Virus record (IMG/VR): IMGVR_UViG_2568526014_000001
Span: 5,958 to 69,957 of that record
DNA length: 64,000 bases
From: a virus
Taxonomy: Duplodnaviria; Caudoviricetes
Reading direction: 5' to 3' (one strand)
Part shown: piece by piece, positions 49,401 to 57,524 of the stretch
Layout of the letters: the number at the start of each line of letters is the position of its first letter
Position numbering within the stretch: position 1 is the first letter of the stretch
Notes under the pieces: model-generated
Told to the model about the DNA's origin: nothing
The model's database searches: none
What the model saw: only the letters and a program-made list of their open reading frames with translations
Translations under genes and position numbers: made by a program

Positions 49401-51427
49401 GCGACATTGACTTCGACGCCATTGAGCACAACCCGCGCCAAGCGAAGGAAATGGTGGTCAAGGCCAACCTGTTCGGCAAGACTGGCTGGCAAGCGCTGCA
49501 GGATGCCGGCATGGAGCCGGCTGCCGGGTTCCTGATCGACAAGATCTACGCCAGCATCGCGCCGGCGCCGGCCGAAGACAGTCCCGGCGCACGCCGGGAT
49601 TACGCCATCGGTCTGGAGTCGATTCGCGATCGCCTGCAATCGGTCAAGACCGTGGCCCAGGTGCTGGATGTCGTGGCGGAGATCCATGACGAACTGAACG
49701 GGACGATGCTTCGCCCGGACGAGGCCGAGCAGTACGAGCTGCTGACCGAGCAGATGCGGGAGATGTCGACCCAGGTCCGGGCGCTGGACGGCTCCAGTAA
49801 CGCCGTCCATCAAGAGGCCCAGGAAGCACGCAGCGCCCTGTACACCGCCGAGCGGGCCTTGGAGCAGCGCAAGCGGCGCGGCTGGTCCATCAGCGTCGAG
49901 CAGCAGCGCACGGTGGACGAGGCGAAGACGCTTGCCGATGGGCTCTGGTCTCAGTTCGGTACGATTCGCGCGGACGTGAATCCGAAGATCGAGGCGCTGC
50001 GCGAGCAGATCACCGGTATGAGCCGCGAGCGTGAAGCTCTCGTGAAGGCGGCGCGGACGCGCAATCTGGTCGAAAACCAAACGACGCGTTCCTGGCTGAC
50101 ATTCGGAGAGCGCTTCGTGAAGCTCGTTCATTACCGGAGCTTCCGTGGCTCGGGTTCCTTCGCCGGGCATGTCACCAATGCCAAGGTCGGCAAGATCATG
50201 GATTGGTCATGGGCCGACAAGGAGCGGCCGACCGTGCCGAGGGATGCCACCAGGCAGGAGGTGAGCTTCCAACTGCGGGTGGCCGACCAGTTCGAGCGGC
50301 GGGGTGGCGCGCCCGTGGCGGTCAACTCGACGCAGGCGCTGAAGGACATGCTGGGCCTGCGCGACGTGCAGTCAGGCAATTGGGTGCTGAAAGACCCGAA
50401 CAGCGCCAAGTTCCATGTGGAGCAGACCGCTGCCGCGATGTCCGACCTGGCCGACATGCTCGGTATCGAGGTTTCCGCGCTAGGCCTCGGCGGCCGGCTC
50501 GGCATGGCCTTCGGCGCACGCGGAACGGGTGGCAAGAACGCGGCGCGGGCGCACTACGAGCCTGTTCATCGCGTTGTCAACCTGACCAAGATGGGCGGCG
50601 GTGGGTGCCTTGGCCATGAGCTGTTCCACGCCATCGACAATATCCTGCACGAACTGGTGAAGGAGGAACCCAGCGGAGGAAAGAACGATTTCGTGACGAT
50701 GAATCCAGATCTGCTGCCACCTGGCCCGATTCGAGACGCGGTGGTCGAGCTGCGCGAGGCCATGCTGACCGGTGACAACCGCCTGACCGAACGCATCGAC
50801 TTTTCCGAGCAGGACGTCCGGGTAGCGCATGTCAATGTCGACTCGCCACGCAATGCGCTGGCACGCGCCATCAAGGACGCTGGCGGCGCCGAAGCGGCGG
50901 TGCTGGCCGTGGATGCCTACTTCGGTAGTCGAAGCGATCCGCGCAGCCTGAAGAATCGCAAGAACTGGCGCAAGCTCGCCGCGGCCTTCTATGCGATGCC
51001 GGGTGAGACATCAGCACATCTGAAGACGGGACAGGCAGTGTCGAGCTTCGCCAAGGAGGCAGCCGTTCTGGACAACGGAAGCTACGGCAAGTATTGGTCG
51101 AGCCACGAAGAAATGGCCGCGCGCGGCTTCCAATCCTGGCTGGAAGACAAGCTCGCCAGTGCGGACCGCCGCAACGACTACTTGAGCGTCTACGCGGACA
51201 ATCAGTATCACGTCGACCCTCTGTTCGGGACCGAATGGAAGCCGTATCCCGAAGGTGACGAGCGTACCCGCATCAATGCGGCCTTCGACCGACTGTTCGG
51301 CGTGGTCGCCGAGGGGAAGGTGTTCGAGAAGGCGACGAGCAATCCCACGCTGTTGGACGCGATCTTCGGCAATGCCGCGACGGCAGAGAGCGAGGGCGCC
51401 ATGGCGCACCTCGGTTCAGGCAGTTAG
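46451..51427 (+). CDS. DarA-like polyvalent head protein (DarA_N, 2x LPD3, zincin/LPD1)
   Basis: FELSDGQTVSIYFHNPD...WKWLLNKRDIT; two GNELGDFPDT repeats; GHELFHAID; YWSSHEEMAARGFQ...YPEGDER; GTG start with RBS. Confidence 0.8.
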   Translation: MSQKVQWGSDALPVDRTLDRVLYEIRCSDALDGLLLDSVSEQEVIEDAEGLLTLDALVSPYARLPRKMELLRVVMERTGHDVKPLAVQITQPFKQRGVANVAAIFELSDGQTVSIYFHNPDVTPNKMAPADEVISWKWLLNKRDITIVVAPERGIDLNLRDVARRVMRLAERNSAAFQRVNAKRAERMESIRSLKGEIAELENELDTAQHDLEVAHVAAEDAARARALAAAQAERDEQEVRHAPATDIEASPGESGIDTDEPHEPEQPELDVPNQPHEPGGDGDAAADVSHPNTVLTASAEPITLRGNELGDFPDTDEGRTALRAAAKDFLMAMRGEWIECAVLKQSVEIRKRGINETIHFSASPKKLKLIPAIRRLIETAQESVEEPNHKRGSKPDVRRYFLLKNTVALDGEIVRVAVLIEEDSNGLLHYDLLVDRSETKTTLDSSSAVLVPERSQDNDSWHPDASNIDSQGIDVNEAALDSVVEGALVLNLFIDGEENAIASRDEASAVSAKSQVVQADTEDASSVDAKIPFHKMTPDQQRAAMAAEKSVVSDEQVDQFLAAWGGLTTDYMTAGYRVAGRIVAGAPDAFRVEAGKVEAVSPDGMTTTEATADQVDELRDAMRGGQVQVELYRRWGGSVDAAKPIKVLHQATGKFKPFEGKFELPSAPAASDDFDPTTPEQHAGEVDGEAMAEAARRARAPDVNPEADVPVVVAGNELGDFPDTEEGKVELRAAAREYLRSLRGKLVSCPALGKPVEIRQRGIKETLAFSADPRKLKLIAAIEKIIGAGKNPVREVNHKLSAKPTVDAYYHLESAAVLNGNPLALQLVIEEDKSGTLYYDFLIDRREAKTKTALDSSSAASVPQSIPDHNSGDGDENTLADVDSSVKTLDSADDEGGDMVLNLFIVGDEAVDVLPASAAAQADAENALGASDDAANDDDGLSDDPNSSNYRYRDTGYIADSRKEKAANLISSARKTGQRLRASDIDFDAIEHNPRQAKEMVVKANLFGKTGWQALQDAGMEPAAGFLIDKIYASIAPAPAEDSPGARRDYAIGLESIRDRLQSVKTVAQVLDVVAEIHDELNGTMLRPDEAEQYELLTEQMREMSTQVRALDGSSNAVHQEAQEARSALYTAERALEQRKRRGWSISVEQQRTVDEAKTLADGLWSQFGTIRADVNPKIEALREQITGMSREREALVKAARTRNLVENQTTRSWLTFGERFVKLVHYRSFRGSGSFAGHVTNAKVGKIMDWSWADKERPTVPRDATRQEVSFQLRVADQFERRGGAPVAVNSTQALKDMLGLRDVQSGNWVLKDPNSAKFHVEQTAAAMSDLADMLGIEVSALGLGGRLGMAFGARGTGGKNAARAHYEPVHRVVNLTKMGGGGCLGHELFHAIDNILHELVKEEPSGGKNDFVTMNPDLLPPGPIRDAVVELREAMLTGDNRLTERIDFSEQDVRVAHVNVDSPRNALARAIKDAGGAEAAVLAVDAYFGSRSDPRSLKNRKNWRKLAAAFYAMPGETSAHLKTGQAVSSFAKEAAVLDNGSYGKYWSSHEEMAARGFQSWLEDKLASADRRNDYLSVYADNQYHVDPLFGTEWKPYPEGDERTRINAAFDRLFGVVAEGKVFEKATSNPTLLDAIFGNAATAESEGAMAHLGSGS
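47764..47880 (-). ncRNA. putative antisense sRNA unit 1 (sigma70 promoter, hairpin, terminator) inside darA-like CDS
   Basis: TTGACA-17-TATATT (47880-47852); 7-nt-loop hairpin 47818-47836; terminator stem 47776-47797 plus U-tract. Confidence 0.6.
48997..49113 (-). ncRNA. putative antisense sRNA unit 2 inside darA-like CDS
   Basis: TTGACG-17-TAACGT (49113-49085); hairpin 49051-49069; terminator stem 49008-49031 plus U-tract. Confidence 0.6.
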
Positions 51428-51428
51428 C

Positions 51429-51469
51429 GGAAAATCGATCGAAGTCGGCCATTGCGGGAAGCCTACCCT
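51429..51469 (+). promoter_or_regulatory. late promoter GGAAAA-N29-TACCCT (leaderless portal mRNA)
   Basis: ATG starts 7 nt after the end of the -10, no RBS. Confidence 0.75.
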
Positions 51470-51475
51470 CCCAGC

Positions 51476-53071
51476 ATGGCCGATACACAACACCCTTCCA
51501 ACCCGAGCAAGCCGGGTTTCCTGGCGCGCTTCGGCTTGTCCCGAAAGCGATGGACTTCCACGAACGTCGAGCCGGTCAAGGAAATCGACCAGTCCGACAC
51601 GTTTCTCTACGGCGCCGGCACCACCACGGTCGCGTCGCTGCTCGGCTCGGGCAGTCGCGGCGCGCGGGCACGGCAGATCATCTACGAAAAGTGGTCCTTG
51701 ATGGAGGGCAGCCCCATCGTCTCCACCGCGGTGGGGCTGCTCGTGACCGCCGCGCTCGGTGGCCACGAAACCAGCGGCGACCTCGTGTTCATCGAGCAGA
51801 CCGCCGCCGCCAAGAAGAACCGGAGCCTGTCGGCGATCAGCCAGGAAATCGCGGCCGACCTGACGCCACTCTTCAACCGGGTGGCGCATCAGATGGCCTA
51901 TACCGGGTCGACGTTTGGAGACGCCTATGCGCGGATCTACGCGAATTCGCGAGGGGTGAACGATCTGTACGTCGACGAGATGGTGCGGCCACCGCTGGTG
52001 CAGCCCTACGAGCGCGGCAGTCGCACGGTGGGATTCGCCGTCTATACGGGCGAACGCAATTTCGAGCGCCTGGACGTCTCGCAGATGGCGCGCTTGAAGA
52101 TGCCGCGCACGCAATGGGTGCCGCAGTATGGCGTGGTTGAAAAGGCGCTTCGTCTGGCGATCACCGAGGACAACCTCGACAACCTGCCGATCATGCCCAG
52201 CATGGCGGGCGGATCGCTGCTCTACAACGCCGAGGAGGCATACGACAACCTGACCGCATCGCTCTTGGGCTTGGTGGGACAGCGCTGGATGGATTCCATC
52301 GACGAGCAGATGGTGGCCGTCAACCTCGAGTCCATGACGCTGGAGCAGCAGAAGCGGTTCGTTGACTCCCTCACGGACATGCTCAAGGCGTCGAAAAGCT
52401 ACGCCGAGCAAGCCGTGAAGCGGGGCCGACCTGTGATGGAGCGGATCCGCCACCTCATCCCGGTGTTCGGCGAGAAGCAACTGACGACCGTGGGGCCGGC
52501 CAACGGCGGCCAGCCCGGCCGGGCCGGCAGCATCAGCATCGAGGATGTGTTGCTGCACGCCCGGTTGCTGTCGGGGACCATCGGCGTCGATCTGTCCATG
52601 ATCGGATTCGCCGACCAAATGTCGGGCGGCCTCGGCGAGGGTGGCTTCTTTCGTACCTCGGCGCAGGCCGCGGAGCGTGCCCGGATCATCCGGGTGGCGC
52701 TCGCCGAGTTCTTCAACCACGTCATCGACATTCACACCATGCGTCGCTACGGCATGGTGTTCAACCCGTCCGATCGCCCCTGGGCCATCAACTTCTTCGG
52801 CTCGATCTCGGCGCTGGAGGCCGAGAAGCAGCGTACCCGTACCGATTCGATGAATGCCGGCATGCTGCTCGCGCAGGGCATGCAGATGATGCGCGAGATG
52901 GGCGCGAGCAAGGAGGTGATGATCGAGTTCCTGACCAAGGCCATGATGCTCGACGAGGACCAGGCGAAGCTGTACGCGACGATCGTCGATGCGAAACCGC
53001 CAGACGGCGGCCGAGATCCCAGTAGCGGCGGGTTCGGCGCGATGGAGGATCGTGAAGGGGAGCCGCTATGA
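51476..53071 (+). CDS. portal protein (P1 Prt-like)
   Basis: IYEKWSLMEGSPIVSTAV, GDAYARIY, GGSLL, GFADQMSGGLGEGGFFRTSAQAA. Confidence 0.8.
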   Translation: MADTQHPSNPSKPGFLARFGLSRKRWTSTNVEPVKEIDQSDTFLYGAGTTTVASLLGSGSRGARARQIIYEKWSLMEGSPIVSTAVGLLVTAALGGHETSGDLVFIEQTAAAKKNRSLSAISQEIAADLTPLFNRVAHQMAYTGSTFGDAYARIYANSRGVNDLYVDEMVRPPLVQPYERGSRTVGFAVYTGERNFERLDVSQMARLKMPRTQWVPQYGVVEKALRLAITEDNLDNLPIMPSMAGGSLLYNAEEAYDNLTASLLGLVGQRWMDSIDEQMVAVNLESMTLEQQKRFVDSLTDMLKASKSYAEQAVKRGRPVMERIRHLIPVFGEKQLTTVGPANGGQPGRAGSISIEDVLLHARLLSGTIGVDLSMIGFADQMSGGLGEGGFFRTSAQAAERARIIRVALAEFFNHVIDIHTMRRYGMVFNPSDRPWAINFFGSISALEAEKQRTRTDSMNAGMLLAQGMQMMREMGASKEVMIEFLTKAMMLDEDQAKLYATIVDAKPPDGGRDPSSGGFGAMEDREGEPL

Positions 53072-53973
53072 GCCTCTACAACAACATCGCCGACACGCTG
53101 TCGAGCCGCGGCTTGATCGACTCGGTTCGCTCCGGCCTGACCACCGGTATCGGCGGCGTGACCGATGCGGCGGCCGGCTTCCTGGGCGGCGGCAAGCTCG
53201 CGCAGGCTGTCACGGGCATGGGTCAGAGCATGGGCGTCAACGCCGGCATGAACCTGGTGAACAAGTACGTGCCGATTCAGGCACAGCGCGCCGCGAATGT
53301 GGGGGCCGGCGCCTTGGGCGATCTGCTGAACGGTGACTGGAACGCCGCCGGCATGCGTCTGCTCGACTCCGGGCTGCTGAATGATCTGCTGCCCGGCATG
53401 AGCGGCGTTGCCGCGCAGACGATGTTCTGGGGCTCGCCGACGCCGCTGTTCGGCGGGATCAGTCCCACCGAAGCCCGTCAGATCTATGACCAGATGCGCG
53501 GTGAGCGCTTGGCCAAGCGAAACCTGTGGCTGATCGAGGCGTCGAGCCGCTTGGCCGGCGACATGTCGCAGCGCTTCAATCTCTTTGCCACGGAAGTCGA
53601 GTATTCCCCGTTCATCGTGACTGGTGACAAGCGTCGTGTCGGCGGCGCGGTGATCGACGTCGTTCAGGGCGCCGAGCCCGTGGAGCTGCGCATCACGACG
53701 CTCGATGATCAGAACGGTTCCTTGAAGCGGTGGTTCGCGGCCCACCACGGCGCTGCTGCCGCACGTGACGGCACGGTCGGCGTTCCCGACTCGTTCGCGA
53801 TCACGTTCAAGGTCGTCCATGCGTTCATCACGCGAGGTAGCAACCGAGGGGGATACGAAGACATCGGCCTGTTTCGTCCGGCCAATCTCGATCTGAGTCT
53901 GTCGCGCCGGGAGGACGGACTGTCGGAGATGCACATGACGTTCTCGCAACTTGACACTTTTATGAGGCCGTGA
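53068..53973 (+). CDS. tail tube-like/baseplate protein with Gly-rich N-terminus
   Basis: Coupled to portal and tape-measure genes. Confidence 0.55.
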   Translation: MSLYNNIADTLSSRGLIDSVRSGLTTGIGGVTDAAAGFLGGGKLAQAVTGMGQSMGVNAGMNLVNKYVPIQAQRAANVGAGALGDLLNGDWNAAGMRLLDSGLLNDLLPGMSGVAAQTMFWGSPTPLFGGISPTEARQIYDQMRGERLAKRNLWLIEASSRLAGDMSQRFNLFATEVEYSPFIVTGDKRRVGGAVIDVVQGAEPVELRITTLDDQNGSLKRWFAAHHGAAAARDGTVGVPDSFAITFKVVHAFITRGSNRGGYEDIGLFRPANLDLSLSRREDGLSEMHMTFSQLDTFMRP

Positions 53974-56498
53974 TGGCAACGCTCAAACATGATGCCCAGG
54001 GGTTTCTGGTGGGTGATGCCATCGATCTGGAAAGGAGCAGATCGTTGGCAGCGATGCGTAACGACGTGCGGGCGATCCGGGCCGGTGTCGCGGGTATCGC
54101 GTCGTTGCTGGCCCATGCGCAGACCGTGCCGCGAGTTGGGTCACGGGCCGCTGTTGTGCCGCAGCCAGCCCCACGCGTGGATTCGGGGCGCAGACCTGCG
54201 AGTGCTCAACCTCCGCAGCGGCCTTCCGCGGTGCCAGTCGCGTCCGAGGTGCGTGCGGCACGCACGATGACGCATCACGCGGTAGCCCAGCCGCGGAATC
54301 GTGACAGTCGCGGACGATTCATCGGCACTTCGGGACAGTCGACGTCCCAACCAGTACGGCACCCACGTACTGCCCCCGGCGCTGGTGCGGGAGTCGATGA
54401 CGAAGAGGAAGGCAGACTGCACGATTTCGCGGAGCGGCTAGTCGGCGCGATCAAGGAGTCGAGCGTCGGTATGGAGGAGGCGGACCCGGCCATCAAAGCC
54501 TTTCGGGAGGTCGCGCAGCCGATGGCGCGTGGCTACGAACTGCTGAGCGGTGGCGACAAGCAGAAGCGGCAGGAGGGGTGGCTACGACGTATCTACGCGT
54601 CGCTGACGGGTTTCCGCAAAGACGAGAGCGCCTTCAGCAAGGCGGCCGCCAAGCGCCTCAAATCCCTCGACGAGAAGCCGGCCGCCAAAGCAGGCGGCGA
54701 TTCAGGTTGGCTTGGCACTCTGGGGGCCATGCTCAAACGGATTCCCGGCGTAGGCACATTGACGGCCGGTGCCGGGAAATTCCTGTCCGGTGGCGGTGGT
54801 CTCCTGGCAGGCGTGGCGCGAGGCGTGCTTGGATTCGGCAAGGGAATGCTGCGCCGTCTGCCGTTCATCGGATCGCTGCTCAGTGGGATCGGCGCCGCGT
54901 CCGAGATTTACGATACCGAGACCGACGATGCGATGTCGCGTCGCGAGAAAGACAAGCACGATGGCGCCGCCGTTGGGGGATTCGCCGGCACGGTAGGCGG
55001 GATGTTCGCTGGTGCGAAGGTTGGGGCGCTGCTCGGTAGTTTCGCCGGCCCGATTGGCACCGCTATCGGTGGTGCTGTGGGTGGTGCGGCCGGCATGTTC
55101 TTTGGCGACCAGGCAGGCCAGATCATTGGCGACAAAGTCGGCGAGTGGGTGACGGATCTACGTGAGGCCGACATCCCCGGCAAGATCACCGCCGCTTGGG
55201 ATGCAACAACTGAAACGTTGAGAAAAGCGTGGGACAGCGCACTCGCCCGGTTGTCCGAGGGATGGCAGAGCGTCAAGAAAGCCGGGCAGAAAGCTGGCAA
55301 CTGGGTCGCGACGCAGGGAGACGCCGCCAACGATTTCGTCAAGGACAAGACCGGCGTCGACATCAAGGGCGCTGCGTCGCGTGTTTGGTCGTCGGTGTCG
55401 AAGACAGTCAAGGATTTCGGCACCGTCGTTGAGCGCAAGGCGGTGAACGGGATCAAGCATGGCGCGCAATGGGCCGCGACGCATTCAACGGCCGGGCGTG
55501 GTGTCTCGACGCTCTTGCATGGCGCGCAGTCAATAGGCGGCGGCATTGCGGCTCGATGGCGCGACGCCAAACGCTATCTGCTCGGCGCTTCCGAAAAGGC
55601 GGGAGTGGACGCTGGTACGGTCGCGAAGATCGCCAACTTCGAGAGCGGGTTTAATGCGGAGGCGGCGCCGATCCGAAAGGACGGCACCCGCATTTCGTCG
55701 GCGCACGGCTACGGCCAGTTCCTCGACAGTACGTGGACGGACATGCTCAACAAGTACGGCGCGAAGTATGGCGTGGCGGGAGCGGGCCGGTTGACGCGGG
55801 ATCAGGCGGCGAAGTACCGGAGCGACAAGACGGTCCAGGCCGGCATGCTGGCCGAATTCACGAGAGAGAACATCGAGAAGGGGCGCAAATATGGTGGCGC
55901 CGACGATGATGCGAACGTCTACGCCTTCCACAATCTCGGCGACAGGGACGCCAAGAGCCTGTTGAAGGGGATGCAACGCGATCCCAGTATGACCGTCCGC
56001 GATGCGCTGTTGCAGGGTGCGAGGAACGACAAGCAGCGCGCTCGCATTGAGGCCGTCATATCGGGCAACAAGAGTCTGTATGGCGACGGCAGTGTGACTG
56101 CCGCCGAGGCGTACGCCCGCATGGGGAAGATGATGCGACGAGGCGATGCCTTCGCTTCGGATGTCCGGCAGGCACAGGACAAGATCTCGGTTGCGGACGT
56201 CGGGGCGAGTCGCAGTCCGAAGCCGGCCGCGCCGGCCGTCGTCGCCGCGGCGCCGATGCCCGTTGCGCCGGTGGGCATCGCGGCACCGGGGATGCCAATC
56301 GTGGCGTCGGCTCGTGTGCCGGCGGTACCGAGTGTGCCAGCTGTGCCGGCCGTGGCCGAAGCGCCAAGGATCGATGTGCCGCTTGCGTCCGGCGACCGCC
56401 ACAAGCCCGTGGTCGTTACGCCAGCGCCGTCGGACGTCAATCAAGACCTGCGCGAGCGTGGCATCGCGCATATCGTGACTGGCGGATTGGGGGCGTAG
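53973..56498 (+). CDS. tape measure / injection protein with lytic transglycosylase domain (P1 Sit-like)
   Basis: Gly/Ala-rich hydrophobic repeats; IANFESGFN...SSAHGYGQFLDSTW...YAFHNLG. Confidence 0.8.
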   Translation: MATLKHDAQGFLVGDAIDLERSRSLAAMRNDVRAIRAGVAGIASLLAHAQTVPRVGSRAAVVPQPAPRVDSGRRPASAQPPQRPSAVPVASEVRAARTMTHHAVAQPRNRDSRGRFIGTSGQSTSQPVRHPRTAPGAGAGVDDEEEGRLHDFAERLVGAIKESSVGMEEADPAIKAFREVAQPMARGYELLSGGDKQKRQEGWLRRIYASLTGFRKDESAFSKAAAKRLKSLDEKPAAKAGGDSGWLGTLGAMLKRIPGVGTLTAGAGKFLSGGGGLLAGVARGVLGFGKGMLRRLPFIGSLLSGIGAASEIYDTETDDAMSRREKDKHDGAAVGGFAGTVGGMFAGAKVGALLGSFAGPIGTAIGGAVGGAAGMFFGDQAGQIIGDKVGEWVTDLREADIPGKITAAWDATTETLRKAWDSALARLSEGWQSVKKAGQKAGNWVATQGDAANDFVKDKTGVDIKGAASRVWSSVSKTVKDFGTVVERKAVNGIKHGAQWAATHSTAGRGVSTLLHGAQSIGGGIAARWRDAKRYLLGASEKAGVDAGTVAKIANFESGFNAEAAPIRKDGTRISSAHGYGQFLDSTWTDMLNKYGAKYGVAGAGRLTRDQAAKYRSDKTVQAGMLAEFTRENIEKGRKYGGADDDANVYAFHNLGDRDAKSLLKGMQRDPSMTVRDALLQGARNDKQRARIEAVISGNKSLYGDGSVTAAEAYARMGKMMRRGDAFASDVRQAQDKISVADVGASRSPKPAAPAVVAAAPMPVAPVGIAAPGMPIVASARVPAVPSVPAVPAVAEAPRIDVPLASGDRHKPVVVTPAPSDVNQDLRERGIAHIVTGGLGA

Positions 56499-56501
56499 GC
56501 G

Positions 56502-56966
56502 ATGCTGCAACTACATGAATACAGGGCCATTCTTCATCCGGTACTCCTGGATGCGGTACCGACTGGACCGGCAAATATCAAGCGTGGTTTGGCTGCGATC
56601 GATAAGGCCCTGAAGGAAAGAACCACGGTTCACCGTGCCATGTACCGAGAGGGCTTGGGCTGGGTGGATTTCGTGTGGGGCACCGAGGGGAGATGGCCGC
56701 CGGATGCGCGTGGCAGGCGCAAGGGAGAGAAAGGTATCTCGCACGTGCTGGAGGCAAGGCCGCGCAAGGATGGCATGACAGCCGGACAGGCCCTGGCGAC
56801 GCTTCATCGCATGGTGCGGACCATAGCCGAGGGTGCGGAGACCGGGCGGTTCTCGGTGAAGAGCGTGGAGCGCATCATCGTCGGCCGGGATGGCACTGAA
56901 GTCCATCTCATCAAGCGGCCGGGCTCGAATGCTTGGGCGCTGACGGTCTTCATCGAACAGGATTAA
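56502..56966 (+). CDS. phage Barnase/EndoU/ColicinE5/RelE-like (PBECR) nuclease
   Basis: AMYREGLGWVDFVWG...KGISHVLEAR...NAWALTVF. Confidence 0.65.
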   Translation: MLQLHEYRAILHPVLLDAVPTGPANIKRGLAAIDKALKERTTVHRAMYREGLGWVDFVWGTEGRWPPDARGRRKGEKGISHVLEARPRKDGMTAGQALATLHRMVRTIAEGAETGRFSVKSVERIIVGRDGTEVHLIKRPGSNAWALTVFIEQD

Positions 56967-57147
56967 GGGTGATGGCGGTGCGCCGGGGGCGGGGGCTGAC
57001 GCACCCCGGCCTACGCTTGCGGAGCCTACACAACGTCGTCTCGGCAAGGGTGCGCCATCGTGGCTGCCGGTGACATCCGCCATCGCTGGCGGGGCTACGC
57101 ACGGGACTCTACGAGAGAGGCAGCCCGTGGGCGCGGCTGACACCCTG
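56966..57147. ncRNA. tandem two-unit structured RNA candidate
   Basis: Units 56971-57059 and 57062-57138 share the layout stem-GGTG-hairpin-CTACGC-hairpin(CTAC)-GG(T/C)GC-stem. Confidence 0.5.
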
Positions 57148-57185
57148 AATTTAGCAAAGCGAGCGGCTCGCGTCCATCCTGACCC

Positions 57186-57226
57186 GGAAAATGCCGCGCT
57201 TCCCGTCGTGCCCCAACCTTTACCGT
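57186..57226 (+). promoter_or_regulatory. late promoter GGAAAA-N29-TACCGT (leaderless)
   Basis: ATG 57233 starts 7 nt after the end of the -10. Confidence 0.75.
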
Positions 57227-57232
57227 TGGGGC

Positions 57233-57523
57233 ATGGCTACGATCACTGGCAACGACATTCAGGACATGGTGCGGCACTGGCTTGACACGCCAGTGAGCGG
57301 CTACCTGGGATCCGATTACGGGCAGGATGCCAAGTCCCTGTTGCAACTCCCGCAGGCAGACGGTGCGCCCGAGGCGTTCCTGCAGAAGCTTCGGGCCGAC
57401 GTCCCGGTGCTCCAGAGCTTGCCGGCGGGCGCGCTGAATCTCTACGGCGTGCCTTCCCTACCGGACCGCCTCGAGCTCATCGTTGAAGTGGGTGGCCGGG
57501 CAATCCAGGTTCCGGGGACATGA
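57233..57523 (+). CDS. baseplate wedge/sheath initiator (P1 PmgA-like)
   Basis: HWLDTPVSGYLGSDYG...FLQKLRADVP. Confidence 0.7.
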   Translation: MATITGNDIQDMVRHWLDTPVSGYLGSDYGQDAKSLLQLPQADGAPEAFLQKLRADVPVLQSLPAGALNLYGVPSLPDRLELIVEVGGRAIQVPGT

Positions 57524-57524
57524 C

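Noticed and set aside
51400-51417. 18-bp exact match CATGGCGCACCTCGGTTC, also at 59180
   Set aside because: Single pair in GC-rich coding DNA with no mobile-element or att context; could be chance
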